From Bacteroidia bacterium (GTDB taxonomy: Bacteria; Bacteroidota; Bacteroidia; 2-12-FULL-35-15), in contig JAEUTU010000124.1 in the NCBI GenBank assembly GCA_016786925.1, positions 800 to 64,799 of the forward strand: DNA of 64,000 nucleotides. Reading direction: 5' to 3'. Position 1 is the stretch's first letter, and every line of letters begins with the position of its first letter. The notes under the pieces were generated by a model. That model was given only the letters and a program-made list of their open reading frames with translations. It had not been told where the DNA came from and did no database searches. This document shows, one piece after another, positions 1-10,673 of the stretch. Both the position numbers and the translations under genes were made by a program.

Positions 1-462
1 TTTGCATTAGGCGGTGGCTTGGAATTGGCGATGAGTTGCCACATCCGTGTTGCTTCCGACAATGCTAAAATGGGATTACCGGAGGTTTCACTGGGAGTTA
101 TTCCCGGATATGGTGGAACACAGCGTTTAGCACAATTAGTTGGAAAAGGGAAAGCGATGGAAATGATCATGACAGCAGACATGATCAGTGCCAACGATGC
201 ACTAAGCTGGGGCTTGGTAAACCATGTTGTAACACAGGAAGAGCTTTTAGCAAAATGTAATGAGATCGCGAATAAGATCCTTTCCAAATCTTCTGTTGCC
301 ATTGCAAGCGCTATTCGTGCTGTAAATGCGAATTACACTGACGGAGTAAACGGCTACGCAGTAGAGATCGATGAATTTGGAAAATGTTTTGGAACAGAAG
401 ATTTCAAAGAAGGTACAAGCGCTTTCTTAGAAAAGCGCAAAGCCAATTTTCCTGGAAAATAG
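1..462 (+). CDS. Enoyl-CoA hydratase/isomerase family protein (3' portion; 5' end lies outside the window)
   Basis: The reading frame is open to the window start. The translation LGGGLELAMSCHIRVASDNAKMGLPEVSLGVIPGYGGTQRL matches the crotonase-fold oxyanion-hole region. Confidence 0.8.
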   Translation, partial: FALGGGLELAMSCHIRVASDNAKMGLPEVSLGVIPGYGGTQRLAQLVGKGKAMEMIMTADMISANDALSWGLVNHVVTQEELLAKCNEIANKILSKSSVAIASAIRAVNANYTDGVNGYAVEIDEFGKCFGTEDFKEGTSAFLEKRKANFPGK

Positions 463-542
463 AAGCAGTTAAAAGTTGTTAAGTGGGACTTGCCCCGCAA
501 GTATTCTCATTAATTTTAAAAACCAAAACTTTAAACTGAATT

Positions 543-2015
543 TTGAATCCTTTAAGAAAACTTGCCTCACAAACCGCTATTTATGGTTTACCTACAATTG
601 TGGGCAGGCTCTTAAATTATTTCTTAACTCCGCTTTATACTTACAATTATTCTACTGAAGAGTTTGGTGTTGTTACATCGGCCTATGCATACGTCTCTTT
701 TCTATTGGTCTTTCTAACCTATGGTATGGAAACCGCATTGTTCAAGTTCTCTCAATCGGAGAATGACAAAGAAAAAGTGTACACAACTGCTTTTATCTCT
801 GTTTTTGTGTCGAGTGCTTCTTTTATTATTCTTGCCAGTACATTCTCCCACTCCATCTCTGAAAGCTTACGCTTCAACGGCCACCCCGAATATGTTACCT
901 GGTTTGCGATCATCATTGCTACCGATGCACTAACAGCAGTGCCGTTTGCGCGACTACGTGAACAAGCAAAAGCGAAACGTTTTGCGATCATCAAAACGCT
1001 AAATATTGCTATTAACATTGGTTTGAACTTGTTTTTTATTCTGTTCTGCAAATCGGTTTATGAGGCCGAAGAATCGTCCTACAAAGGCTTTGTAGATCTT
1101 TTTTATAAACCGGAAATTGGTGTTGGCTACATTTTTATCTCCAACCTGATCGCTAGTCTTTCAACACTTGTATTGCTGTCGCCCGAGATCATCAAACCAA
1201 AGTATATTTTTGATTCAGTTCTGTGGAAACAGATGATGCGCTATGCACTTCCACTTCTTGTTGCAGGTTTGGCAGGAATGATCAATGAAACATTAGATAG
1301 AGTGTTGTTGATCCATTTGCTTCCCGAAGATCAAGCGCTGCATCAAACGGGTATCTATGGTGCATGCTACAAGGTATCGATCATCATGACCATTTTCATT
1401 CAAACCTTCAGATTTGCAGCAGAGCCCTTCTTTTTTAAGCAATCGAAAGAAAAAGATTCCAAGCAGGTATATGCTGCCATCATGAAGTATTTTGTGATCG
1501 TTTGTTCCATCATCTTTTTGGGCACCATGTCGAATATCGACTGGATACAGTTTTTTGTGGGTGAGAAATTCCGTGAAGGAATGGGCGTAGTTCCCATTTT
1601 GCTGCTGGCTAACCTATGTTTAGGGATATTTATTAATCAGTCCATTTGGTATAAACTAACCGGTCAAACCCATTTTGGGGCGCTCTTAACCATTTTTGGA
1701 GCCATTATTACCATTTCTCTTAACTTCTACTGGATCCCACGTATCGGCTATATGGGTTCTGCCTGGGCAACACTTATCTGTTATGCAGGAATGATGATAC
1801 TCTCCTATTTCCTCGGTAATAAACATTACCCTGTTAATTATGATTTGAAACGCATACTGGGCTACTTAGGTTTATCTTTAATTTTGTATGCTATCTGTTT
1901 CTTTTTAAAAACAGAATCTGCACTCATAAACCTATTGGTTGGCAATACCTTTTTGCTGGCTTTTGTAGCATTTATTTGGAAGGCAGAAAAAAAACAGATC
2001 AGAAAATTAGCTTAA
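543..2015 (+). CDS. Polysaccharide biosynthesis protein / MOP-family (Wzx-like) flippase, multi-pass membrane
   Basis: 490 aa with about 12 predicted hydrophobic helices. The N-terminal [27 protein letters not shown] motif is typical of MATE-like oligosaccharide flippases. The candidate start at 543 is TTG. Confidence 0.65.
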   Translation: MNPLRKLASQTAIYGLPTIVGRLLNYFLTPLYTYNYSTEEFGVVTSAYAYVSFLLVFLTYGMETALFKFSQSENDKEKVYTTAFISVFVSSASFIILASTFSHSISESLRFNGHPEYVTWFAIIIATDALTAVPFARLREQAKAKRFAIIKTLNIAINIGLNLFFILFCKSVYEAEESSYKGFVDLFYKPEIGVGYIFISNLIASLSTLVLLSPEIIKPKYIFDSVLWKQMMRYALPLLVAGLAGMINETLDRVLLIHLLPEDQALHQTGIYGACYKVSIIMTIFIQTFRFAAEPFFFKQSKEKDSKQVYAAIMKYFVIVCSIIFLGTMSNIDWIQFFVGEKFREGMGVVPILLLANLCLGIFINQSIWYKLTGQTHFGALLTIFGAIITISLNFYWIPRIGYMGSAWATLICYAGMMILSYFLGNKHYPVNYDLKRILGYLGLSLILYAICFFLKTESALINLLVGNTFLLAFVAFIWKAEKKQIRKLA

Positions 2016-2016
2016 C

Positions 2017-2451
2017 ATGAAGATCAAAATTATAAACAAATCCAAACACGAATTGCCAAGCTATGCGACACAAGCAGCAGCAGGAATGGACCTTCGTGCC
2101 AATTTAGATGCACCCATCATTCTGGGATCACTTGAAAGAACATTGGTTCCTACCGGTCTGTTCATGGAGATTCCCGTGGGTTACGAAGCACAAGTACGAC
2201 CAAGAAGTGGATTGGCTTTTAAAAACGGATTAACTGTACTAAACTCTCCGGGCACAATTGATGCCGATTACAGAGGAGAAGTAAAAGTGATCCTGGTGAA
2301 TTTATCAAAAGAAACATTTACAATAAATGATGGTGAACGTGTTGCACAAATGGTGATCGCCAAACACGAACAAGCCGAATGGATAGAAGTAGAACAGCTC
2401 GAAGAAACCGCTAGAGGCGAAGGTGGTTTTGGAAGCACAGGAAAAAAATAA
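2017..2451 (+). CDS. dut: dUTP diphosphatase
   Basis: 144 aa carrying dUTPase motifs ([26 protein letters not shown]-terminal [10 protein letters not shown]). Confidence 0.9.
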   Translation: MKIKIINKSKHELPSYATQAAAGMDLRANLDAPIILGSLERTLVPTGLFMEIPVGYEAQVRPRSGLAFKNGLTVLNSPGTIDADYRGEVKVILVNLSKETFTINDGERVAQMVIAKHEQAEWIEVEQLEETARGEGGFGSTGKK

Positions 2452-2461
2452 AACACATTTT

Positions 2462-3466
2462 ATGAAAATAATTATCCCAATGGCCGGCATGGGCAAACGC
2501 ATGCGCCCACACACACTAACAACTCCAAAACCACTGATCCCTATTGCTGGAAAACCAATGGTGCAAAGAATTGTAGAAGACATTACAAAAGTATGTGATG
2601 AAAAAGTAGATGAGATCGCATTCGTGGTTGGCCGCTTTGGAAAAGAAGCAGAGAACAACCTTGTGAAAGTGGCAGAAAGCTTAGGCGCAAAAGGAAGTAT
2701 CTTTTATCAGGATGAACCATTAGGCACTGCACATGCCATCATGTGCGCGAAAGAATGTGTAACAGGTAAAGTGGTTGTGGCTTTCGCTGATACCTTGTTC
2801 AAAGCCGATTTTAAAATGGATTCTTCTCAGGAAGGGATCATTTGGGTACAAAAGGTAGAAGACCCAAAACCTTTTGGTGTTGTAAAAATAGATGCCAACA
2901 ATGTGATCACCGACTTTGTAGAAAAACCTCAGGAATTTGTTTCTGACCTTGCGATCATTGGAATTTATTATTTCAAGGATGGAGACTATTTACGTAACGA
3001 ACTTCAGTACTTGCTGGATAACGACATCAAAGAAAAAGGGGAATACCAGCTTACAAATGCCTTAGAGAACATGAAAGCAAAAGGTACAAAATTCAGTCCC
3101 GGAAAAGTTACAGAGTGGCTGGATTGCGGAAACAAAGATGCAACCGTATATACCAACTCCCGCATTTTGGAGTTTATAAAAGGAAAAGAAACATTGGTGC
3201 ATAGTAGTGTAAAGAACAACAACTCACAAATTATTGAACCATGCTTCATTGGTGAAGGTGTTCAACTCATCAACGCTGTTGTTGGGCCACACGCCTCTAT
3301 TGGAGCGAATACAATAATAGAAAACTCTACTGTTAAAAACAGCATCATTCAAACAAACAGCAAGATCAAAAATGCTGAATTAAGCAATTCCATGATCGGA
3401 AATTATGCTGAATTCACCGGCAAATCAAACGATGTAAGTTTAAGTGATTACAGCACGATCCGATAA
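2462..3466 (+). CDS. Sugar-phosphate nucleotidyltransferase with C-terminal left-handed beta-helix (GlmU/RmlA-like)
   Basis: The N-terminus MKIIIPMAGMGKRMRP is an NTP_transferase G-loop, and hexapeptide-like repeats occupy the C-terminal third. The ATG at 2462 is preferred over the upstream in-frame start at 2423, which overlaps dut. Confidence 0.7.
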   Translation: MKIIIPMAGMGKRMRPHTLTTPKPLIPIAGKPMVQRIVEDITKVCDEKVDEIAFVVGRFGKEAENNLVKVAESLGAKGSIFYQDEPLGTAHAIMCAKECVTGKVVVAFADTLFKADFKMDSSQEGIIWVQKVEDPKPFGVVKIDANNVITDFVEKPQEFVSDLAIIGIYYFKDGDYLRNELQYLLDNDIKEKGEYQLTNALENMKAKGTKFSPGKVTEWLDCGNKDATVYTNSRILEFIKGKETLVHSSVKNNNSQIIEPCFIGEGVQLINAVVGPHASIGANTIIENSTVKNSIIQTNSKIKNAELSNSMIGNYAEFTGKSNDVSLSDYSTIR

Positions 3467-3469
3467 AAA

Positions 3470-5230
3470 TTGAAAAACAAGAGCACTACATATTTTTTTA
3501 TACTCACATTAGCATTAGCTCTTGTTGGCGGATTGACATCCTGCAAAACCAGTAGTGGTGCATCTGGTGGCGGTGGCGACAAAAAGAACACCGCAACATT
3601 GGATGACAAAGACCGTGTCAATTTTGAATATCTTTTTTTTAATGCAAACAAAGAAAAGGTGCTTGGAAACTATGAGCTAGCAGAAACCTATTACAGTCAG
3701 GCTCTAAGGATCAATCCGAATAGCGCGGCTACCATGTATGAGTTGGCCAACATCTACTCTTTTCAAAACAATAAGAACCAAGCCTTATTTTACAGCAAAA
3801 AAGCAGCAACACTTGATCCTGATAACATCTGGTATCAGCAACTGTATGCCGACTGTTTAAAAGAGAACAAAAACATTGCTGAATACGCGAAAGTGTACGA
3901 AACACTGGTTAAAAAATTTCCCGATAAACCGGAATTATATTACGAGTTAGCCAATGCTTACCTATATCAAGGAAAAACAAGTGATGCGCTAAAAGTGTAT
4001 GATCGTGTGGAAGCGCGCACAGGAATAACCGAAGAGGTTTCCATGCAAAAACTAAAGATCTACCGTGCTACTAAAAATTATGATAAAGCAATTGATGAAG
4101 CAAACAAGCTGATCAAAGCATTTCCAAAAGATGCTAAATACTTTGGAATGTTAGGTGAATTATATCAGGACAAAGGACAGCCCGAAAAAGCATTTGATGC
4201 TTATAATGACCTTTTAAAGGTAGATCCTACAAATGCTTATGTACACTTGTCTTTAGCAGATTACTACCGTTCACAAAAACAAAACGAAAAAGCATTTGAA
4301 GAGATCAAGTTGGCATTTAAAAGTCCGGACCTCGACATTGACACAAAGGTAAAGATCTTACTTTCCTACTACTCCATTACGGAAGTATATCCCGAACTGA
4401 AGACCGATGCAGATGAATTATGCAAGTTGATAGTAGAGGTTCACCCTACAGAAGCAAAAGCATTCTCTATCTATGGCGATTTTTTATACCGTGATAAAAA
4501 GAATGAAGAAGCAAGAGAACAATTCAGAAAAGCAATTGCACTGGATAAAGAAAAATACGCCATCTGGAATCAGCTATTGGTCATTGATTCGGAACTGAAT
4601 GATTACACGTCATTGCAAAAAGACAGCAAAGAGGCGATGGAGCTTTTTCCTAACCAGCCCATTCCCTACTTCTTTAATGGCGCAGCCAATATTCAACTAA
4701 AAAAATACCAGGAAGCAATAGATGCATTAACCGAAGGCAAAGAATTTGTTTTTGGTAACGACATTCTTTTAGCACAATTTTATGCGAATATCGGTGATGC
4801 ACAAAATCAATTAAAAAATCACACCGCATCGGATGAGGCTTATGAAAAAGCATTGGAGATCGACCCTAACAGTGCTTATGTATTAAACAATTACTCCTAT
4901 TATTTGTCATTACGGAAAGTAAACCTTGAAAGAGCTGAAGCGCTGTCGAAAAAATGCAACCAAGTAGAGCCCAACAACAGTTCTTACCAAGATACATACG
5001 GCTGGATCCTTTATCAAATGGGAAAATACGAGGATGCTAAAATCTGGATCGGGAAAGCGATCGATAATGGAGGCAAGAACAATGGCACTTTATTGGAGCA
5101 TTATGGCGACACGTTATATCAACTAGGAAACAAAGACGAAGCATTAAAATACTGGAAAGATGCTCAAAAAGCGGGGGGCGCAGGTTCATTGATCGATAAA
5201 AAGATCAACGACAAAAAATTATATGAATAA
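3470..5230 (+). CDS. TPR-repeat lipoprotein
   Basis: A signal peptide plus lipobox (LTSC) is followed by many 34-residue A/Y/L-rich TPR-like repeats. The candidate start at 3470 is TTG. Confidence 0.75.
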   Translation: MKNKSTTYFFILTLALALVGGLTSCKTSSGASGGGGDKKNTATLDDKDRVNFEYLFFNANKEKVLGNYELAETYYSQALRINPNSAATMYELANIYSFQNNKNQALFYSKKAATLDPDNIWYQQLYADCLKENKNIAEYAKVYETLVKKFPDKPELYYELANAYLYQGKTSDALKVYDRVEARTGITEEVSMQKLKIYRATKNYDKAIDEANKLIKAFPKDAKYFGMLGELYQDKGQPEKAFDAYNDLLKVDPTNAYVHLSLADYYRSQKQNEKAFEEIKLAFKSPDLDIDTKVKILLSYYSITEVYPELKTDADELCKLIVEVHPTEAKAFSIYGDFLYRDKKNEEAREQFRKAIALDKEKYAIWNQLLVIDSELNDYTSLQKDSKEAMELFPNQPIPYFFNGAANIQLKKYQEAIDALTEGKEFVFGNDILLAQFYANIGDAQNQLKNHTASDEAYEKALEIDPNSAYVLNNYSYYLSLRKVNLERAEALSKKCNQVEPNNSSYQDTYGWILYQMGKYEDAKIWIGKAIDNGGKNNGTLLEHYGDTLYQLGNKDEALKYWKDAQKAGGAGSLIDKKINDKKLYE

Positions 5231-6101
5231 AACAAGACAAACATACATTTCTCAAAAAAGAGACTCCTCTGTTTTTTCCATCATAGGAATACTTTTTATT
5301 TTTTGGGTTTTCAGCTCCTGTAAAAATCAGCAGCAGATCGCCCTGAATAACGGTAAATGTCTGTTGGAGTTAAAATCAAGTCGCGTACTCACAAAAAACT
5401 TGAAAGAGAACGAATTTAAGTTCGACAGATTGAACGCCAAGCTAAATGTAGAATCAACCATCGACAGCTCATCGAATTCATTCACGGTAACCATGCGTCT
5501 AAAAAAGGACAGTATCCTTTGGTTGTCCATTTCAAAGCTGGGAATAGAGGGTGCGCGAGTATTGATCACAAAAGACACTGTCAAGTTTTTAAATAGATTA
5601 AAAAATCAATATTTTAAAGGGGATTATGCCTATATCAGCAAATTGTTGAATACCGAATTAGATTTTGAAATGCTGCAATCTTTGTTGGTTGGAAACAGTG
5701 TTGAGTTTTATGATGAGGATGAAAAGATCAAATCGGGCGTGGATAATTGTCAGTACACATTAGGAACTATCCGTAAGTACAAACTGAGAAAAGTAATGGA
5801 AAAGGGGAAAGATCTGAAGGAGCCGGCACAAAGTATTTACATGCTTCCCGACAATTATAAGATCTCCCGGATTCTTTTCTATGAGTTTAATCCCGACAGA
5901 AGTTTTGATGCACAATTCACAGATTATACCAATACTGTTGACACAACACAGCAATTTCCTCAAAAAATAAAATATACTATTATCGCTAAGAAATCCGTTC
6001 TGATAGACATCAATTACACAAAGATCGTACTTAACGAAGAGCAATCCTTTCCATTTAAAATTCCGGATAATTATGAGCAAGTTGTTTATAAAGAAAAATA
6101 G
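5223..6101 (+). CDS. DUF4292-family (LolB-like) outer-membrane lipoprotein
   Basis: The N-terminus is a lipoprotein signal ending in SSC. Gene order TPR, DUF4292, M23 peptidase is a conserved Bacteroidota arrangement. The start overlaps the upstream stop by 8 nt. Confidence 0.6.
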   Translation: MNKTRQTYISQKRDSSVFSIIGILFIFWVFSSCKNQQQIALNNGKCLLELKSSRVLTKNLKENEFKFDRLNAKLNVESTIDSSSNSFTVTMRLKKDSILWLSISKLGIEGARVLITKDTVKFLNRLKNQYFKGDYAYISKLLNTELDFEMLQSLLVGNSVEFYDEDEKIKSGVDNCQYTLGTIRKYKLRKVMEKGKDLKEPAQSIYMLPDNYKISRILFYEFNPDRSFDAQFTDYTNTVDTTQQFPQKIKYTIIAKKSVLIDINYTKIVLNEEQSFPFKIPDNYEQVVYKEK

Positions 6102-7326
6102 ATCTGTTTTATCCGCAATCCTTATCATGTGCTTCTTCATGCTGAGCACACTGCCCTCACATGCGCAAAAGCAAACTAAAAAAGATCTCGAGAACAAGAA
6201 AAAACAACTTCAGAAAGAGATTGAAAAAACGAATCAGCTTTTAGCGGAAACCAAGAAAAATAAAAAGCTTTCCTTAAATCAGCTGGTGATCCTTAATAAA
6301 AAGATCAGCGCCCGCGAAGAGCTTATTGCTACGATAAACAACGAGATCCATGTGCTAAATAAAAACATAGAAGAAAACAACAAAAGCATTTATAAACTTC
6401 AAACCGATCTTGACAAACTGAAATCCGAATATGCGAAAATGGTCTATTATGCCTATAAAAACCAAGATGCATATAGTCGCTTGATGTTTGTTTTTGCTGC
6501 TAAAGATTTTCAACAAGCGTATATGCGTTTAAAGTATTTGCAGCAATATAGTGACTACCGCAAGAAACAAGCTGAAATGATCGTTGGCACACAAAAAGAT
6601 CTGAATCAAAAAGTACAAGAATTAGAAACAAAAAAAGCTGATAAACGCGACCTCTTGAGCAACGAGGTAGAAGAAAAGAAAAATCTGACCACCGAAAAAA
6701 CGGAAAAAGAACAAGTATTCTCATCGCTTCAACAGCAGGAAAACAAGCTGAAAAAGGACTTGGAGAAGAAGAAAGAAGATGCAAAAAAATTACAACAGGC
6801 CATTCAACGGATCATTGAAAAGGAATTGGAAAAACAAGTGAGTGAAGCGCCAAAAGGCAAGCCGAAACCAACCAAACTAGTTTTAACACCGGAAGCACAA
6901 CAATTGTCCAACAACTTCTCCAGCAACAAAGCCAAATTGCCTTGGCCGGTGGCAAAAGGCATCATTAGCGAGAAATTCGGAGTGCATCCACACCCTTTAA
7001 TGCCAAACATTGATATCAATAACAACGGGGTGGATATTACCACCAACAACGGATCTGTTGCCCGTGCTGTTTTTGATGGAGAAGTGAAAGGAGTCGTAAG
7101 TATGCCTGGTGCAGGGCAATTCATTTTGGTTCGCCATGGTGAGTTTTTAACCGTTTATTCCAACCTGAAAGAGGTGTATGTGAAAGTGGGAGACAAGGTG
7201 AATACCAAACAAAACATTGGCTCTATTCTCTATGATGATGACGATGCCAAAACAGTGTTGCATTTCGAGATCTGGAAGGGTCAAACAAAACTTAATCCGG
7301 AAGATTGGTTATACAAGAACAATTAA
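6073..7326 (+). CDS. Peptidase M23 family protein with long N-terminal coiled coil (EnvC-like murein hydrolase activator)
   Basis: A K/E/Q-rich coiled-coil N-terminal half is followed by a C-terminal LytM/M23 domain (GVDITTNNGSVARAVFDGEV ... ILVRHG ... LHFEIW). Confidence 0.8.
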   Translation: MSKLFIKKNRSVLSAILIMCFFMLSTLPSHAQKQTKKDLENKKKQLQKEIEKTNQLLAETKKNKKLSLNQLVILNKKISAREELIATINNEIHVLNKNIEENNKSIYKLQTDLDKLKSEYAKMVYYAYKNQDAYSRLMFVFAAKDFQQAYMRLKYLQQYSDYRKKQAEMIVGTQKDLNQKVQELETKKADKRDLLSNEVEEKKNLTTEKTEKEQVFSSLQQQENKLKKDLEKKKEDAKKLQQAIQRIIEKELEKQVSEAPKGKPKPTKLVLTPEAQQLSNNFSSNKAKLPWPVAKGIISEKFGVHPHPLMPNIDINNNGVDITTNNGSVARAVFDGEVKGVVSMPGAGQFILVRHGEFLTVYSNLKEVYVKVGDKVNTKQNIGSILYDDDDAKTVLHFEIWKGQTKLNPEDWLYKNN

Positions 7327-7370
7327 TAGATATTTTCTTATCTTTGTGCTGCATTTAAAAAACATACATC

Positions 7371-7571
7371 ATGTTAAATAGTATTTTATTGGGTCTTTTT
7401 GGTCTTGGTGGTTCTGAAATGATCATCATTTTGATCATTGTTTTATTACTTTTTGGTGGTCGTAAGATCCCTGAATTAATGAAAGGCTTAGGAAAAGGCG
7501 TTAAAGAATTTAAGGACGCATCAAAAGGCACAAGCACCGAAGAAAACGGTACTCCTGAGAAAAAAGACTAA
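7371..7571 (+). CDS. tatA: Twin-arginine translocase subunit TatA/E
   Basis: 66 aa with a single TM helix followed by an amphipathic helix ([36 protein letters not shown]). Confidence 0.85.
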   Translation: MLNSILLGLFGLGGSEMIIILIIVLLLFGGRKIPELMKGLGKGVKEFKDASKGTSTEENGTPEKKD

Positions 7572-7590
7572 TCGTTTTATACCTGTCAAG

Positions 7591-7620
7591 ATCCCCTTTG
7601 ATGGGGGTTTTGCGTTTTAT
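7591..7620 (+). terminator. Rho-independent terminator downstream of tatA
   Basis: The hairpin TCCCC-TTTGAT-GGGGG is followed by TTTTGCGTTTT. Confidence 0.45.
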
Positions 7621-7643
7621 AACATTCCATCCATCTGTTTTTT

Positions 7644-9068
7644 GTGAAGACCTACAATTCATTTGCTGAAGTTAAATCCGACCTTCAAAAGGGTTCGATC
7701 TCTTGTGTTGAGCTTACTCAATCTTACATTCAAAATATTAAAGATAAAGCCTCTTTAAATATTTTTTTGGAGGTATTTGAACAGTCTGCACTAGAAAAAG
7801 CAAAAGAAGTAGATGCGAAGATCAAAAACGGTACAGCAGGAAAATTAGCCGGGATGGTGATTGCCCTAAAAGACAATATCTGTTATAAAGGGCACAAAGT
7901 TTCTGCTTCCTCAAAAATATTAGAAAATTTCGAGTCGCTTTACAACGCAACTGTTGTAGAACGATTATTAGCCGAAGATGCGATCATTATTGGCCGTTGC
8001 AATTGTGATGAATTCGCCATGGGAAGCTCCAATGAAAATTCAGCATTCGGAAATGTCTTGAATCCGCTGAACCCCAAATGTGTTCCCGGAGGATCATCCG
8101 GTGGCTCTGCAGCAGCGGTTGCTGCCGATCTGTGCATTGCTGCACTTGGAACCGACACAGGAGGCTCCATCCGCCAACCAGCATCATTCTGTGGTGTGGT
8201 GGGTTTAAAACCAACCTATGGTCGTGTGTCACGTTACGGAGCCATTGCTTATGCTTCATCCTTCGACCAGATCGGACCAATTACAAAGACTGTTGAGGAT
8301 GCAGCGTTGATCATGGAAGTAATGTCGGGCAAAGATGAATACGATAGCACCTGCTCTTCAAAGCCTGTTCCTGAATACTCTAAGAAGAACGATACCTCTA
8401 AAAAATACAAGATCGCTTATCTGAAAGAATGTATTGAAGCAAAGGGTTTAGATCCTGAAATCAAAAAGAAAATAGAAGATATCATTTCGAAATTAAAAGC
8501 AGCCGGCCATACCGTTGAAGCAGTTGATTTCCCTTACCTTGATTTTTTAGTGCCGACCTATTACGTTTTAACCACAGCCGAAGCTTCTTCTAACCTTGCC
8601 CGTTTTGACGGCATCAACTTCGGTTATAGAAGTCCGAATGCCACCGACCTGGAATCGACCTACAAAAAGTCGCGTAGCAAAGGTTTTGGAAAAGAAGTGA
8701 AACGCAGGATCATGCTGGGAACATTTGTACTAAGTGCCGGCTATTACGATGCATACTATTCAAAAGGACAAAAGGTTCGTAAATTGATCCAAAACAAAAC
8801 AAATGAAGTTTTAAGCAAATACGATTTTATCATTCTACCTTCTACTCCGGGAACTGCGTTTGAATTCGGACAAAAAGGAGCCGACCCGATTGCCATGTAT
8901 CTGGAAGATATTTTCACTGTACAGGCCAATATTACCGGTGTTCCGGCCATTTCTCTGCCACTAGGCAAGCATAGCAATGGTTTACCTTTTGGAATACAGT
9001 TAATGGGTAATATGTTTGATGAAAGCGGCTTGTTTGCTTTTTCTCAACAACTTACAAGCTTAAGTTAA
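7644..9068 (+). CDS. gatA: Glutamyl-tRNA(Gln) amidotransferase subunit A
   Basis: 474 aa with the amidase signature (GGSSGGSAAAVAA ... GTDTGGSIRQPASFCG). The start at 7644 is GTG. Confidence 0.9.
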   Translation: MKTYNSFAEVKSDLQKGSISCVELTQSYIQNIKDKASLNIFLEVFEQSALEKAKEVDAKIKNGTAGKLAGMVIALKDNICYKGHKVSASSKILENFESLYNATVVERLLAEDAIIIGRCNCDEFAMGSSNENSAFGNVLNPLNPKCVPGGSSGGSAAAVAADLCIAALGTDTGGSIRQPASFCGVVGLKPTYGRVSRYGAIAYASSFDQIGPITKTVEDAALIMEVMSGKDEYDSTCSSKPVPEYSKKNDTSKKYKIAYLKECIEAKGLDPEIKKKIEDIISKLKAAGHTVEAVDFPYLDFLVPTYYVLTTAEASSNLARFDGINFGYRSPNATDLESTYKKSRSKGFGKEVKRRIMLGTFVLSAGYYDAYYSKGQKVRKLIQNKTNEVLSKYDFIILPSTPGTAFEFGQKGADPIAMYLEDIFTVQANITGVPAISLPLGKHSNGLPFGIQLMGNMFDESGLFAFSQQLTSLS

Positions 9069-9257
9069 TTTCCTGCTTTTTTCATTAACATTTTTTCGTG
9101 TATAAAAATAAGACACTCGTCTAATCGTTTGTGATATTTTAGAGTATCATTGTGATATTTGTATTTCAAACGATTATAGTACATTATTCTGAAAGCAGTT
9201 AGATACATAGTTTTTTTATTTCTGTTCTCCTTCCTAAAGGTTGAAGCACAAGCGCCT

Positions 9258-10673
9258 GTGGGCTATGCTGTGGATCAATTTCAGGATGATCCGATAGCAG
9301 CAGCATTAGACAGTTTGCATTCCTTAAACTTATTTGAAAAAGGATATGCAAAGATCGTTTATCCCAAAAATCCGAAATATCAATTTCCTCCCGATTCAGT
9401 TCCAAAATATGATGATGGTGTTTATGAAGCCCGTTTAGCTAAGTTGGATGCCGCTTCTCCATTCGACCTTCAGTATAATCCTGTGGTAAAAGGATACATT
9501 CAAATGTACACCTTGCGCAGAAGAGAGCTTGTATCCAGAATGATGGCACTTTCTCAATTCTATTTTCCGATGTTTGAAGAACAGTTGGATAAATACAATC
9601 TTCCACTCGAGTTAAAATATCTGGCCATTTGTGAATCGGCATTAAATCCTTTAGCAAAGAGCAAAGCGGGAGCTATGGGTTTGTGGCAATTCATGTATCC
9701 AACGGGAAAGATCTATGGATTGAAAGTATCATCGTATGTAGATGAGCGTTGTGATCCCTACAAATCAACCATTGCAGCGTGTGAATATTTTAAGTATCTG
9801 TATGGCTTGTTTGGCGACTGGCAAATGGTGTTGGCGGCCTACAATGGCGGTCCGGGAACAGTGAATAGAGCGATCAGAAAAAGCGGTGGTAAAAAAACCT
9901 ATTGGGAGATCCGTCCGTTCCTACCAAAAGAAACACAAGGATATGTGCCGGCCTTTATTGCTGTGAATTATGTAATGAACTACACAGCAGAGCATAATCT
10001 GCATTCTGCTATTCCTAAAAAAACATTTTTAGAGGTGGATACTGTTATCGTAAAAAAACAGATCTCTTTTGAGCAAATCTCGGCTGTGCTTGATATTCCT
10101 GCCGATGAATTGATGTACTTAAATCCGGTTTACAAAAAAAGGATCATTCCCGTTTTACCTGATGAAGTAAGTATTCTGACGCTGCCTGCCAATAAAATGG
10201 GAGCATTCATAACAAATGAAGACAAGATCTATAATCTGTTAAACAACGATTCGCTCAATAGTCAAACGATCCTTGCTGCTCAGGAAACAATGAAAATTCA
10301 CACTGTTAGGAGCGGAGAGCACCTCAGCACTATAGCTAAGCGATATGGTTGTACGGTAGCCGATATAAAACAGTGGAATGGAATTACCGGTAGCACCGTT
10401 AAACCCGGCAGAAAACTAACCATTTATATTTATGGTAAAAAGGGTGGCAGCACAACAGCAAACACTTCTACTGCTAACGACACAAAAGTTTCTCAAGGAG
10501 GCAAAACAACTACGCAAGGAGGATTTAAATACTATGTGGTAAAGAAGGGTGACACATTATTCAAGATCGCACAACAAAACAAAACCACCGTTGATGAGCT
10601 TAAGAAATTAAATAAGTTCGGCACCAAATACACACTGATGCCGGGACAAAAAATAAAGGTCGGCACCAACTAA
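9258..10673 (+). CDS. Membrane-bound lytic murein transglycosylase (MltD-like) with two C-terminal LysM domains
   Basis: The SLT domain carries ES..NP, AGAMGLWQFM and AYNGG motifs. Two LysM repeats (HTVRSGEHLSTIAKRYG, YVVKKGDTLFKIAQ) follow. A signal-peptide-like stretch lies in frame upstream at 9180-9257 but has no ATG, so the true start is uncertain. Confidence 0.8.
   Translation: MGYAVDQFQDDPIAAALDSLHSLNLFEKGYAKIVYPKNPKYQFPPDSVPKYDDGVYEARLAKLDAASPFDLQYNPVVKGYIQMYTLRRRELVSRMMALSQFYFPMFEEQLDKYNLPLELKYLAICESALNPLAKSKAGAMGLWQFMYPTGKIYGLKVSSYVDERCDPYKSTIAACEYFKYLYGLFGDWQMVLAAYNGGPGTVNRAIRKSGGKKTYWEIRPFLPKETQGYVPAFIAVNYVMNYTAEHNLHSAIPKKTFLEVDTVIVKKQISFEQISAVLDIPADELMYLNPVYKKRIIPVLPDEVSILTLPANKMGAFITNEDKIYNLLNNDSLNSQTILAAQETMKIHTVRSGEHLSTIAKRYGCTVADIKQWNGITGSTVKPGRKLTIYIYGKKGGSTTANTSTANDTKVSQGGKTTTQGGFKYYVVKKGDTLFKIAQQNKTTVDELKKLNKFGTKYTLMPGQKIKVGTN

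Noticed and set aside
476-658. 60-aa ORF overlapping the flippase gene start
   Set aside because: It is out of frame with, and contained in, the well-supported 490-aa membrane protein ORF.
7940-8296. Cys/Arg-rich ORFs on both strands inside gatA
   Set aside because: They are alternate-frame artefacts within a high-confidence conserved CDS.
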